A DNA stretch of 30,142 nt from an uncultured Candidatus Saccharibacteria bacterium (GCA_964426785.1 CAYRRU010000001.1:1-30142); one strand, 5' to 3'. Shown: positions 18,008-26,410, counted from the stretch's first letter. Numbers and translations: made by a program. Notes: generated by a model from the sequence alone, not told the origin.

Positions 18008-18249
18008 TACGCATTGCCGTAATCGGCCTTTCCGTACTATCACTGTTTCTTTTCCCATGGCCGATGACGCTTACGCTTGGGTTTATTGCGTCCTTGTTTT
18101 TTCCACCTGTCGCATTAGTACTTGGTGTTGCTGCTGAATTTCTGTATGGAGCGCATGGTGTGCCGTATGCGGTGCTTTTCGGAGCGGTTGTCTCAGTTAT
18201 TGCCTACGTTCTGCGTGGATTTGTGAAGGAGCGTATTATGGATGTATGA
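18004..18249 (+). CDS. Short membrane protein in the mreD position (MreD-like)
   Basis: 81 aa, almost entirely hydrophobic, ATGA-coupled to mreC and mrdA. Identity rests on synteny only. Confidence 0.6.
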   Translation: MIRIAVIGLSVLSLFLFPWPMTLTLGFIASLFFPPVALVLGVAAEFLYGAHGVPYAVLFGAVVSVIAYVLRGFVKERIMDV

Positions 18250-19931
18250 GATGGGGAACACGTAGAAAACGAGTGCTTGAAATTGCTCCGGACGAGATAT
18301 TCCTTGATTCAACTAACATGCCTGACTTTGATCAAAACAGGCTTGAAGGAAATCTAGAGAAGCCTCTCCCTGAACGCGCGTACCTGGGGTTGCTGGGTGC
18401 GGTCGTGCTTATTTTTTTGGTACTTGTCGTACAGGCAGGAAACTTAAGTCTTGTGCAAGGAGGAACCTATGCTGCGCAGAGTGAGAGGAATCGCCTACGT
18501 CCTGAGGTGTTGTTTGCTCAACGGGGGGCGATAACGGACCGCAACGGAACGGCGCTCGTTACGAATGAGCCGGGAGAAGATGGGCATCCTATGCGCGTGT
18601 ATCGCACACCAGGATTTTCAAGTGTGCTCGGGTATGTGTCATATCCGAAAAAGGATCGGTCCGGTTTCTATTACGACACTGACATTACCGGCCTCGCGGG
18701 AATGGAGAAAGCATTCAATGAGCGATTGGCGGGTGCTAACGGCACACTGCTTATTGAAGAGGATGCACTTGGAAAAGTTCAGTCGCAGGGGAGCGTACGG
18801 CAGCCCGTGAATGGAGAGAATGTGACGCTCTCCATAGATGCTCGCGCACAGGAAGCGTTCTATAACGCAGTGAAGGGTCTTGCAGATAAGATTCCGTACC
18901 AAGGCGGAGCTGCGGTGCTTATGGACGTTGAGACGGGAGAAATACATGCGCTGGTTTCGTATCCTGAATATGACTCAAACATTCTTTCTCGCGGTACCCC
19001 TGCTGACGTGATTAATGGATATAGCACCGACTACCGCCAGCCATACCTCAATCGCCCGGTCTCAGGGCTCTATACGCCCGGCTCTATCGTAAAGCCCATG
19101 ATTGCAGCGGCAGCGTTTAGTGACGGGGTTATTAGTGCGGAGAAGTCCATTTATTCCAGTGGTCGGTTGGTAGTACCAAACCCCTATGACGCATCCAAAC
19201 CAACTATCTTTAATGACTGGAAAGCGCACGGGGATACGGACATGAGGCGAGCAATTGCGGTGTCGTCTGACGTGTATTTCTATACGGTGGGGGGCGGGTT
19301 TGGCGATCAGAAGGGGTTGGGGATTGAGCGACTCGCGTTCTGGTACAGCGCCTTTGGTTTGACCGAACCAACGGGTATTGAAATAGAAGGAGAGGAGAGT
19401 GGGTTTGTACCTACACCTGCCTGGAAAGAAAAAACGTATGGTGAGCCATGGCGCATTGGTAACACGTACCACACCGCTATTGGACAGTACGCGGTACAGG
19501 TAACGCCGCTTGAAGCAGCACGCTCCATCGCGGCAATTGCGAACGGTGGGAAGCTTGTGCGCCCCACACTCATGGTTGGTGGTGTGCCGGAAGGCAAAAC
19601 AATTGCGATAAGTAAGGAGGCACTGCGCATTGCGCGCGAGGGCATGAGACAGGGTGTTACCGAAGGAACGTCCATTGGGCTTAACGACCTATCTTCCTAT
19701 GTAAAGATTGCAGGAAAGACCGGTACGGCACAGCTTGGCGCGAACAATGAGTGGTACAACACGTGGGCGGTAGGATTCTTTCCGTACGACAAACCGAAGT
19801 ATGTGTATACCGTGGTGATGGAACGCGGGCCCGCAGGGACTGCGATTGGAGGTATTTATGTGGTGCATCAGGCGTTGTCTGAGCTGCGCAGGACGGCGCC
19901 AGAATACTTTGGCCTTGCGCCTCTTGAATAG
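18246..19931 (+). CDS. mrdA: Penicillin-binding protein 2 (class B transpeptidase)
   Basis: RGAITDRNG, SxxK (GSIVK), SxD (SSDVYF), KTGT; located in the mre operon. Confidence 0.9.
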   Translation: MRWGTRRKRVLEIAPDEIFLDSTNMPDFDQNRLEGNLEKPLPERAYLGLLGAVVLIFLVLVVQAGNLSLVQGGTYAAQSERNRLRPEVLFAQRGAITDRNGTALVTNEPGEDGHPMRVYRTPGFSSVLGYVSYPKKDRSGFYYDTDITGLAGMEKAFNERLAGANGTLLIEEDALGKVQSQGSVRQPVNGENVTLSIDARAQEAFYNAVKGLADKIPYQGGAAVLMDVETGEIHALVSYPEYDSNILSRGTPADVINGYSTDYRQPYLNRPVSGLYTPGSIVKPMIAAAAFSDGVISAEKSIYSSGRLVVPNPYDASKPTIFNDWKAHGDTDMRRAIAVSSDVYFYTVGGGFGDQKGLGIERLAFWYSAFGLTEPTGIEIEGEESGFVPTPAWKEKTYGEPWRIGNTYHTAIGQYAVQVTPLEAARSIAAIANGGKLVRPTLMVGGVPEGKTIAISKEALRIAREGMRQGVTEGTSIGLNDLSSYVKIAGKTGTAQLGANNEWYNTWAVGFFPYDKPKYVYTVVMERGPAGTAIGGIYVVHQALSELRRTAPEYFGLAPLE

Positions 19932-19937
19932 TCCATA

Positions 19938-19965
19938 TTGACGACTGCCCGCTACCACGTAGAAT
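19938..19965 (+). promoter_or_regulatory. Sigma70 promoter of greA
   Basis: TTGACG-16 nt-TAGAAT. Confidence 0.65.
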
Positions 19966-19992
19966 GGGGCGAACTAAGTAAGGTAAATTCTC

Positions 19993-20466
19993 ATGATGAC
20001 CGAGCAGGAAACAATGGTGAGCCAGGAGAAGTTCGACGAGATGGTTAAGGAGCTCGAGAACTTGAAGACGGTTCGTCGTACGGAGATTGCAAAGAATCTT
20101 GAGTACGCTCGTTCACTCGGAGATCTTTCGGAAAACGCAGAGTACCAGGAGGCACGTGAGCTTCAGGCAGCGACTGAGGAGCGTATTCGAAAGCTTGAGG
20201 AGTTGGTGAAGCGCGCAAAGATTGTGACTGACGGCAAGAAGAAAGACGTTGTTGGTTTCGGATCTAAAGTCGTGATCAAGCGCGAAGGCACAACCGAGCC
20301 ACACGAGTATACGATTGTGGGAAGTGAAGAAGCAGACATGCGCGAGCGAAAGCTCTCACACGTTTCGCCCCTTGGTGCTGCACTTATGGGAAAGAAGAAA
20401 GCAGATGTGTTTACCTTTGAAACACCAAACGGCAAACAAACCTATACGATTGAAAAGGTTTCCTAA
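19993..20466 (+). CDS. greA: Transcription elongation factor GreA
   Basis: GDLSENAEY, YTIVGSEEAD, SHVSPLGAALMG. Confidence 0.96.
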   Translation: MMTEQETMVSQEKFDEMVKELENLKTVRRTEIAKNLEYARSLGDLSENAEYQEARELQAATEERIRKLEELVKRAKIVTDGKKKDVVGFGSKVVIKREGTTEPHEYTIVGSEEADMRERKLSHVSPLGAALMGKKKADVFTFETPNGKQTYTIEKVS

Positions 20467-20468
20467 GT

Positions 20469-20514
20469 AAGGAAAAGAGATTGGGCCCTCGCGAGAAGCG
20501 AGGGCCCTTTCCTT
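20469..20514. terminator. Bidirectional intrinsic terminator
   Basis: GGGCCCTCGC-GAGAA-GCGAGGGCCC (20483-20507) flanked by AAGGAAA and TTTCCTT. Confidence 0.85.
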
Positions 20515-20532
20515 TGGCTGGCCGAGAGTGGG

Positions 20533-20745
20533 TTAGTGCCCGCGCGCTGGCGGCTCGAACTTCGGGCCCTCGTCCCGGACCCTGGATTCCCCCAGGGAAG
20601 CCACAAGCAGGAACAGAAATCCAGCGATGCCGAGCGCAAAACCTAGCGCGAACGGAACTCGCAGTTCGGGCAAGGGCCACTCAAAGACGGCCATGAGCCC
20701 GAATACGACCGCAAAGCCAAGAAAGATCAACGACAACATACGCAT
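20533..20745 (-). CDS. Hypothetical 70-aa 2-TM membrane protein
   Basis: AGGGAG SD 7 nt before ATG 20745; two hydrophobic helices; ends at the greA terminator. Confidence 0.65.
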   Translation of the reverse strand: MRMLSLIFLGFAVVFGLMAVFEWPLPELRVPFALGFALGIAGFLFLLVASLGESRVRDEGPKFEPPARGH

Positions 20746-20855
20746 CTGTGTGCTCCCTGATGTACGTGTCTGCCCATATGGGCTTGTGTGCACCATACTA
20801 CCCATCCGTAAGTTCGCAAATGCGAATGTTCATACATATGCTAGTCTAGGACCAT

Positions 20856-22319
20856 ATGTCGAACCTCGACTCTATACGCGCTGAACGCCTGAAGAAACTA
20901 AACCTGCTTAAGGAGGCGGGTATTGACCCATACCCCGTACGAAGCCGTAGGACACATACGGCCGTTGATTTCGCACAGAACCACAAACTTCTGGAGGAGG
21001 GGAGTGAAGCGGTGACGGTTGCAGGACGTGTTACCTCAATTCGTGAGCACGGAGGATCACTCTTTGCAGATCTCTTTGACGGTACGGGAAAGACACAGGT
21101 GTATCTACAGAAGGATACACTCGGAGACGAAGCGTATGCGCTATTCACTGAAACGGTGGACCTTGGAGACATTGTTGAAGTCTCAGGACCTGCGATGACT
21201 ACAAAGCGAGGTATGCCATCTGTTTCCGTTGGAGAATGGCGCATGCTCGCAAAGTCACTCCTTCCCATGCCCGACGAATGGTACGGACTTAAGGATGAAG
21301 ATGAGAAATACCGAAAACGATATCTTGATATTCTTCTTGATCGTACTGTCGCTGAGCGCATCACACGCAGGTCAAAATTCTGGAACACGATTCGCACCTA
21401 CCTACTTGCCCGCGGCTTTATTGAAGTGGAGACACCAGTGCTAGAAACAACAACGGGTGGGGCAGAGGCACGTCCATTTGTTACGCACCACAATGCGCTT
21501 GATATTGATGTATATCTGCGCATAAGTGCAGGAGAGCTTTGGCAGAAGCGACTCATGGTTGCCGGACTTCCAAAGGTATTTGAGATTGGTCGTATCTTCC
21601 GCAATGAGGGTATGTCGTTTGAACACTTGCAGGACTACACACAACTTGAGTACTACGAAGCGTTTAGTGATTACGAAGCGGGTATGGAAATGGTAACCGA
21701 CCTGTATCGCACTATTGCTGACGAAGTGTATGGCTCACGCGTGTTTACCATCAAAGACTTCACCGTTGACCTCGGTGCTGAGTGGGTTCGTTATGACTAT
21801 TGCGCACTCATAAAGGAACACTTTGGTATTGACCCTCTACAAACTAGTGCAGAGGAGATTATGAGTGTACTTGAGAACAAGAACATCTCATTTGATAAGA
21901 AAGGTTTCAATATTGAACGAGGCGTTGATCTCTTGTGGAAGCAAATTCGTAAGTCTATTGGGGGTCCTGGATTCCTTATTGGTGTGCCTGCGTATCTTGA
22001 GCCACTCGCCAAGCGCAGTCCTGAGGACGACCGTGTTGTGGAGCGATTCCAAGTACTCCTTGGAGGATCTGAAAACGGAAAGGGCTTTAGTGAGCTGAAT
22101 GATCCAATTGATCAAGCAGGACGCTTTGGACACCAACAGTCTCTTCGCGATCAGGGTGACGACGAGGCGCAGATGAATGATGCAACGTATGTTGAAGCAC
22201 TGGAGCATGGAATGCCTCCTGCTTTTGGATTCGGTGTGTCTGAGAGACTCTTTAGTTTCTTGGAAGGTGTGTCTGTACGCGAAGGTCAGATCTTCCCCTT
22301 GATGCGTCCAAAGGAATAG
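20856..22319 (+). CDS. lysS: Class II lysyl-tRNA synthetase
   Basis: OB-fold (VAGRVTSIREHG), GGAEARPFVTHHNALD, GRIFRNEG, FSELNDP, LEHGMPP. Confidence 0.95.
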   Translation: MSNLDSIRAERLKKLNLLKEAGIDPYPVRSRRTHTAVDFAQNHKLLEEGSEAVTVAGRVTSIREHGGSLFADLFDGTGKTQVYLQKDTLGDEAYALFTETVDLGDIVEVSGPAMTTKRGMPSVSVGEWRMLAKSLLPMPDEWYGLKDEDEKYRKRYLDILLDRTVAERITRRSKFWNTIRTYLLARGFIEVETPVLETTTGGAEARPFVTHHNALDIDVYLRISAGELWQKRLMVAGLPKVFEIGRIFRNEGMSFEHLQDYTQLEYYEAFSDYEAGMEMVTDLYRTIADEVYGSRVFTIKDFTVDLGAEWVRYDYCALIKEHFGIDPLQTSAEEIMSVLENKNISFDKKGFNIERGVDLLWKQIRKSIGGPGFLIGVPAYLEPLAKRSPEDDRVVERFQVLLGGSENGKGFSELNDPIDQAGRFGHQQSLRDQGDDEAQMNDATYVEALEHGMPPAFGFGVSERLFSFLEGVSVREGQIFPLMRPKE

Positions 22320-22321
22320 CA

Positions 22322-22345
22322 AAAGGCGCTCTGGGGAGCGCCTTT
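22322..22345. terminator. Bidirectional intrinsic terminator
   Basis: AAAGGCGCTC-TGGG-GAGCGCCTTT between convergent lysS and the orphan gene. Confidence 0.8.
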
Positions 22346-22354
22346 CACCAATCG

Positions 22355-22639
22355 TTACATTGTCGCGTACTGCGCCTCCAAAGCGGAGAGGACTTGATTC
22401 GCGGTGACGTCGTTTCCGGCGATCATCACGAACCCTCCACGCTTTGGTTTGACCGGCTCCTTCAACGAGGTGTTCGTTACGATTGCGAAGATTTCAGTCT
22501 TCGTAGTCTTCGGAACGTCGCCGATGTCGACGATTTTCGCGGTCGCCTCGCCACTGCTCTTAAGTCTCCTCAAGACTTCCATGGCTGGTCTATCCGTCTC
22601 GTACGCCACGAACATCCTACGTTCTGGGACGTTGCCCAT
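22355..22639 (-). CDS. Hypothetical 94-aa soluble alpha/beta protein
   Basis: AGGGAG SD 7 nt before ATG; alternating strand/helix pattern; preceded by a promoter and structured leader. Confidence 0.75.
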   Translation of the reverse strand: MGNVPERRMFVAYETDRPAMEVLRRLKSSGEATAKIVDIGDVPKTTKTEIFAIVTNTSLKEPVKPKRGGFVMIAGNDVTANQVLSALEAQYATM

Positions 22640-22695
22640 TACTATTCTCCCTGATTTGATTGGTGTTTTTGGTGCCCGCTTGGGCGAAAGGACTC

Positions 22696-22734
22696 ATAAA
22701 ACGAGAATCGGACCCTCTCTCGGGGGTCCGATTC
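22696..22734 (-). terminator. Leader (attenuator) terminator upstream of the 94-aa gene
   Basis: GAATCGGACCC-C-C-GAGA-G-A-GGGTCCGATTC: 11-bp stem, GNRA loop, then TCGTTTTAT on the minus strand. Confidence 0.7.
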
Positions 22735-22760
22735 AAATCTCCTGCACTACCGTCTAATTT

Positions 22761-22853
22761 CTAGTTGGAAATTTGAATCGAAACCCGAGCCATCGTAATG
22801 AGGCCGAGGTGACAAAAGACGGTAGTGATGAATTGAGAGATTGCTCGTTCCAT
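22761..22853 (-). CDS. Putative 30-aa leader peptide MERAISQFITTVFCHLGLITMARVSIQISN
   Basis: ATG 8 nt after the -10 box; spans the P1 5' arm and the antiterminator 5' arm; TAG at 22763-22761. Could be a chance ORF. Confidence 0.35.
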   Translation of the reverse strand: MERAISQFITTVFCHLGLITMARVSIQISN

Positions 22854-22861
22854 GTCCCTGC

Positions 22862-22890
22862 ACAATACCTTTTTTAGCGACTTTCGTCAA
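22862..22890 (-). promoter_or_regulatory. Sigma70 promoter driving the structured leader
   Basis: TTGACG-17 nt-TATTGT. Confidence 0.75.
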
Positions 22891-22917
22891 AGTGATGGGG
22901 ATAACATCGTTATGATG

Positions 22918-22963
22918 GTGGGATGAAGTGTCATATACTTACTTATTAGTGGGAGAAAGTGGG
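22918..22963 (+). promoter_or_regulatory. mraZ promoter with MraZ-type GTGGG repeats
   Basis: GTGGG at 22918, 22949 and 22959 plus GTGTC at 22928 (about 10-bp phasing) around the -10 box TATACT at 22934-22939. Confidence 0.7.
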
Positions 22964-23001
22964 AGAGACAGAAATCTCCATCACTTCCGCAATACCAATC
23001 C

Positions 23002-23436
23002 ATGTTCATCGGAGAATACCGTCACACTTTTGATACCAAGAATCGCATTTCGCTACCGGCGAAGTTTCGTCGTGAGCTCGGTGCGACGGTGGTGGTAACG
23101 CGCGGACTTGATAAGTGTCTTTTTGTATATCCAAAGAGTGCGTGGAAGAAAGAAGCAGAAAAGATTTCAAAATACTCAACCGGAAGTGCAGCAGGACGCG
23201 GACTCTCACGTCTCATGCTTGCAGGAGCTGTTGAGGCTGATGTTGATAGCGCTGGTCGCATCTTGGTCCCTGACTACTTGCGCAGTTTCGCCACCCTTAC
23301 GGACAAAGGCGTCATAGCTGGTGTGTCTGATCGTGTGGAGATCTGGGACGAGAAGTCCTGGGAGCGATACACCGAGACTATTGAGCGTGATGCGGACGCA
23401 TTCGCCGAAACACTCGGTAGTGGAGGAGCTCTATAA
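23002..23436 (+). CDS. mraZ: Division/cell-wall cluster repressor MraZ
   Basis: MFIGEYRHTFDTKNRISLPAKFR, DSAGRILVP, GVSDRVEIWD. Confidence 0.96.
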   Translation: MFIGEYRHTFDTKNRISLPAKFRRELGATVVVTRGLDKCLFVYPKSAWKKEAEKISKYSTGSAAGRGLSRLMLAGAVEADVDSAGRILVPDYLRSFATLTDKGVIAGVSDRVEIWDEKSWERYTETIERDADAFAETLGSGGAL

Positions 23437-23442
23437 AATACT

Positions 23443-24396
23443 ATGGAAACCAAACACGAATCAGTCCTATTCAATGAGTCCATAGAAGCGCTTGAGATCA
23501 AGTCTGATGACGTTGTCGTTGATGCAACGCTTGGTGGGGCAGGGCACTTTGGCGCGATACTGAAACTCCTTGGAAGCGAGGGGACATTGGTTGGTATTGA
23601 TGCGGATCAAGACGCTGTTGAGCGTGCGCAGGCTGTGGTAACTGCTGACACTAGGAGCGAGAAACCAACCGTGCACGTGGTTGAAGGGAATTTCCGTAAC
23701 CTAGAAGGCATTCTGGAAGACAAGGACCTTAAACACGCCGACAAGGTGCTCTTTGACCTTGGCTGGAGTAGCTTCCAGCTAACCCGTGGTCGCGGGTTCT
23801 CCTTTCGTACTGACGAGCCCCTTCTCATGACCTACGGCAACCCCAAGGAGTCTCAGACGGCAGCAGACATCGTGAACTCATCATCCGAAGAAGCACTTTC
23901 AGAAATAATCTTCACGTTTGGTGAAGAGCGCTTTGCTCGCGGTATCGCGAAAGCCATTGTGCGTGAGCGCAAAAAGGAAAAAATTCTCACGACTGCTCAA
24001 TTGGCTGCTGCTGTTGAAGCAGGCACTCCGTCTTGGTACCACCACCGCCGTCTACATCCCGCAACCAAAACATTCCAGGCTCTCCGTATTGCGGTGAATG
24101 ATGAACTTGGTGCACTCCGCGACGGACTTGCTGCTGCGCTTAAAGTGGTGCCGGCTGGAGGACGTATCGCGGTCATCACTTTCCATAGCATTGAGGATCG
24201 GATTGTGAAGAGTGTGTTCCGAGACGCAGCGTATGACGGGAAGGGAAGTCTTGGAAACCGCAAACCCATAGTGCCAAGTGATGCCGAGCTTGAGGTAAAT
24301 CCACGAGCGCGCAGCGCAAAGCTACGAGTGTTTGTGCGCGGTGAAGGCGAGCAAACAAAGCGTTCTATTTTTCATAACAACATAGCCTATGTCTGA
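23443..24396 (+). CDS. rsmH: 16S rRNA m4C1402 methyltransferase
   Basis: HESVL, DATLGGAGH, FDLGWSS, HPATKTFQALRIAVNDEL, FHSIEDRIVK, NPRARSAKLR. Confidence 0.96.
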   Translation: METKHESVLFNESIEALEIKSDDVVVDATLGGAGHFGAILKLLGSEGTLVGIDADQDAVERAQAVVTADTRSEKPTVHVVEGNFRNLEGILEDKDLKHADKVLFDLGWSSFQLTRGRGFSFRTDEPLLMTYGNPKESQTAADIVNSSSEEALSEIIFTFGEERFARGIAKAIVRERKKEKILTTAQLAAAVEAGTPSWYHHRRLHPATKTFQALRIAVNDELGALRDGLAAALKVVPAGGRIAVITFHSIEDRIVKSVFRDAAYDGKGSLGNRKPIVPSDAELEVNPRARSAKLRVFVRGEGEQTKRSIFHNNIAYV

Positions 24397-24673
24397 TCGA
24401 TTGATTCCACTCCTTGGCGCCTCGGCTCTGTTGCTTGCAACGGTGTATCTTGGGCTTGTAGTAACTACTATTTCTTTTGCAACCTGGCAGACCCAAGGCG
24501 TTGCGCAAATTCGTGAGACAGAGGGAGCCATTGCTGACCTTGAAGCTAAATACTACGAGTCAATCGCGCGCATCAATAGTACAGATCCTGGAGCCTACGG
24601 ACTTGGAGCACCGGTAGCTGTGCGCTACGTGGCTGAAGTAACTGGATCCACGGTTACGTTCGCAGGCCGCTAG
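24389..24673 (+). CDS. FtsL-like bitopic protein
   Basis: One TM then a coiled coil; located between rsmH and ftsI. Synteny-based call. Confidence 0.6.
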   Translation: MSDRLIPLLGASALLLATVYLGLVVTTISFATWQTQGVAQIRETEGAIADLEAKYYESIARINSTDPGAYGLGAPVAVRYVAEVTGSTVTFAGR

Positions 24674-24676
24674 TAT

Positions 24677-26410
24677 ATGCGTCGGGCGTTTCGTTTAAAA
24701 CTAAGAATTCTCTCCGGCATTATACTTGTCTTCACGCTTCTTCTTGTTACTCGCTTGTATTTTGTACAAGTCGTTAATGGTGGAGAGTATGCGCTACGTG
24801 CAGAGCGCCAATACGTGCGTTCTAGCGAACAACTCTACGACCGAGGTAGTATCTACTTCACTCGCAAAGACGGCTCACACCTCTCTGCGGCAACACTTGC
24901 AACAGGTTTTGTACTTGCGATTGATCCAAAGCGTATTAAGGATCCTGAAGCGCTCTACGAGACACTCAATGCACTTGTACCGCTTGATAAAACAGTATTC
25001 CTTGAATCAGCAGGGAAAGCAGATGATCCGTATGAAGTCATTGCGCGACGAGTTGATGAGAGTATTGGACGCGCCATTTCTGATAAGGATATTCCTGGAG
25101 TCATTGTGGAGCGTGAGCGATGGCGCACGTATCCAGCAGGCGCGAAAGCTGCTCAAACCATAGGATTTGTTGCGTACGACAACGATAACGAGCTAGCGGG
25201 ACGGTTTGGCCTAGAACGCTACTACAATGATGTTCTCACCCACAAAGCAGATGGACTCTTTGGGAACTTTTTTGCTGAGCTTTTTGCGAATCTTGATAGT
25301 GTGATAGTTGATGCGCGTAGTGCTCGTCAAGGTGACATCATTACCTCTATAGAGCCTGTCGTGCAGGAGAAGCTGGATCAGGTACTTATGGAGACGAATG
25401 CTCGCTACGGAAGCCGTGAGACGGTTGCGATCATTATGGATCCGAAGACGGGAGAAATTATCGCACTTGATTCAGTGCCTTCGTTTGACCCAAATGACTT
25501 TAGTGAAGCAGACCCTTCGGTCTTTGGAAATCCAGTTGTAGAGCACGTGTATGAGTTTGGCTCCATTATGAAAATGCTTACGGTAGCTGCTGGGCTTGAT
25601 GCAGGTGTTATAACACCAACCTCAACCTATAACGACGTCGGGTGTATTACCGTGAACACGCGTAAGATTTGTAACTACGACCTGAAGGCTCGCGGAGTCG
25701 TTCCGGTACAAGAAATCCTCTCACAATCCCTTAACCTTGGAGTGTCTCATATCACGGGGCTTCTGGGTCACGAGCGATTCCGTACGTACTTTAAAAAGCT
25801 CGGTATGGGAACGGAGACGGGTATAGACCTTCCGGAAGAAACACACGGCATTATCACTAATATTGAGAATAGTCCTCGTGACGTTGAGTACTTCAATGCG
25901 TCTTTCGGTCAAGGTATTGCGCTTACGCCCGTAGAGATGGTTCGGGCACTTTCCGTGCTTGCGAATGATGGAAAAATGGTAACGCCACACTTCGTGCGTT
26001 CCATCCGACTTGAGTCAGGAATTACGAAGAACTTAACCTGGGGCGAACCAGAGCGTGTGTTTTCAGAAAAGGCCTCAGACGAGACCACACAGATACTGGT
26101 GAATGTGGTTGATAACGCACTTGCCGGCGGAAAGATGAAAATCCCTGAGATGAGTGTCGCCGCAAAGACCGGAACGGCCCAAATCCCGGACCCAACCGGT
26201 GGCTACTATGACGACCGGTACTTCCACTCCTTCTTTGGGTACTTCCCAGCCTATGATCCTAAGTTTGTGATCCTCCTCTATACGCGGGAGCCAAAAGGCG
26301 TAAAGTATGCATCAGAGACCCTGACGGAGCCCTTCATGGAATTGACTCACTTTTTAATCAATTATTACGACATACCGCCAGACCGCGCTTCCTATGAAAA
26401 CACTCGCTAA
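24677..26410 (+). CDS. ftsI: Division class B penicillin-binding protein (PBP3)
   Basis: RGSIY, GLERYY, SxxK (GSIMK), SxN (SLN), KTGT; dcw position. Confidence 0.88.
   Translation: MRRAFRLKLRILSGIILVFTLLLVTRLYFVQVVNGGEYALRAERQYVRSSEQLYDRGSIYFTRKDGSHLSAATLATGFVLAIDPKRIKDPEALYETLNALVPLDKTVFLESAGKADDPYEVIARRVDESIGRAISDKDIPGVIVERERWRTYPAGAKAAQTIGFVAYDNDNELAGRFGLERYYNDVLTHKADGLFGNFFAELFANLDSVIVDARSARQGDIITSIEPVVQEKLDQVLMETNARYGSRETVAIIMDPKTGEIIALDSVPSFDPNDFSEADPSVFGNPVVEHVYEFGSIMKMLTVAAGLDAGVITPTSTYNDVGCITVNTRKICNYDLKARGVVPVQEILSQSLNLGVSHITGLLGHERFRTYFKKLGMGTETGIDLPEETHGIITNIENSPRDVEYFNASFGQGIALTPVEMVRALSVLANDGKMVTPHFVRSIRLESGITKNLTWGEPERVFSEKASDETTQILVNVVDNALAGGKMKIPEMSVAAKTGTAQIPDPTGGYYDDRYFHSFFGYFPAYDPKFVILLYTREPKGVKYASETLTEPFMELTHFLINYYDIPPDRASYENTR

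Larger units (their letters stand above)
22696..22855 (-). ncRNA. Candidate cis-regulatory switch RNA (attenuator or riboswitch-like), class unknown
   Basis: 11-bp P1 (22817-22827/22745-22755) enclosing two hairpins, a 10-14-bp alternative antiterminator (22769-22782/22727-22740), and a terminator. Confidence 0.6.

Noticed and set aside
22745-22827. Assigning the three-way junction to a purine/2'-dG, c-di-GMP-I, guanidine-II, ZTP or T-box family
   Set aside because: No loop-loop kissing complement or UUUCUAC junction, no GYAAAC/GACGC core, no twin ACGR hairpins, and no UGGNACC bulge.
22896-22904. DnaA-box-like TGGGGATAA (reverse complement TTATCCCCA)
   Set aside because: A single one-mismatch box with no cluster or origin context.
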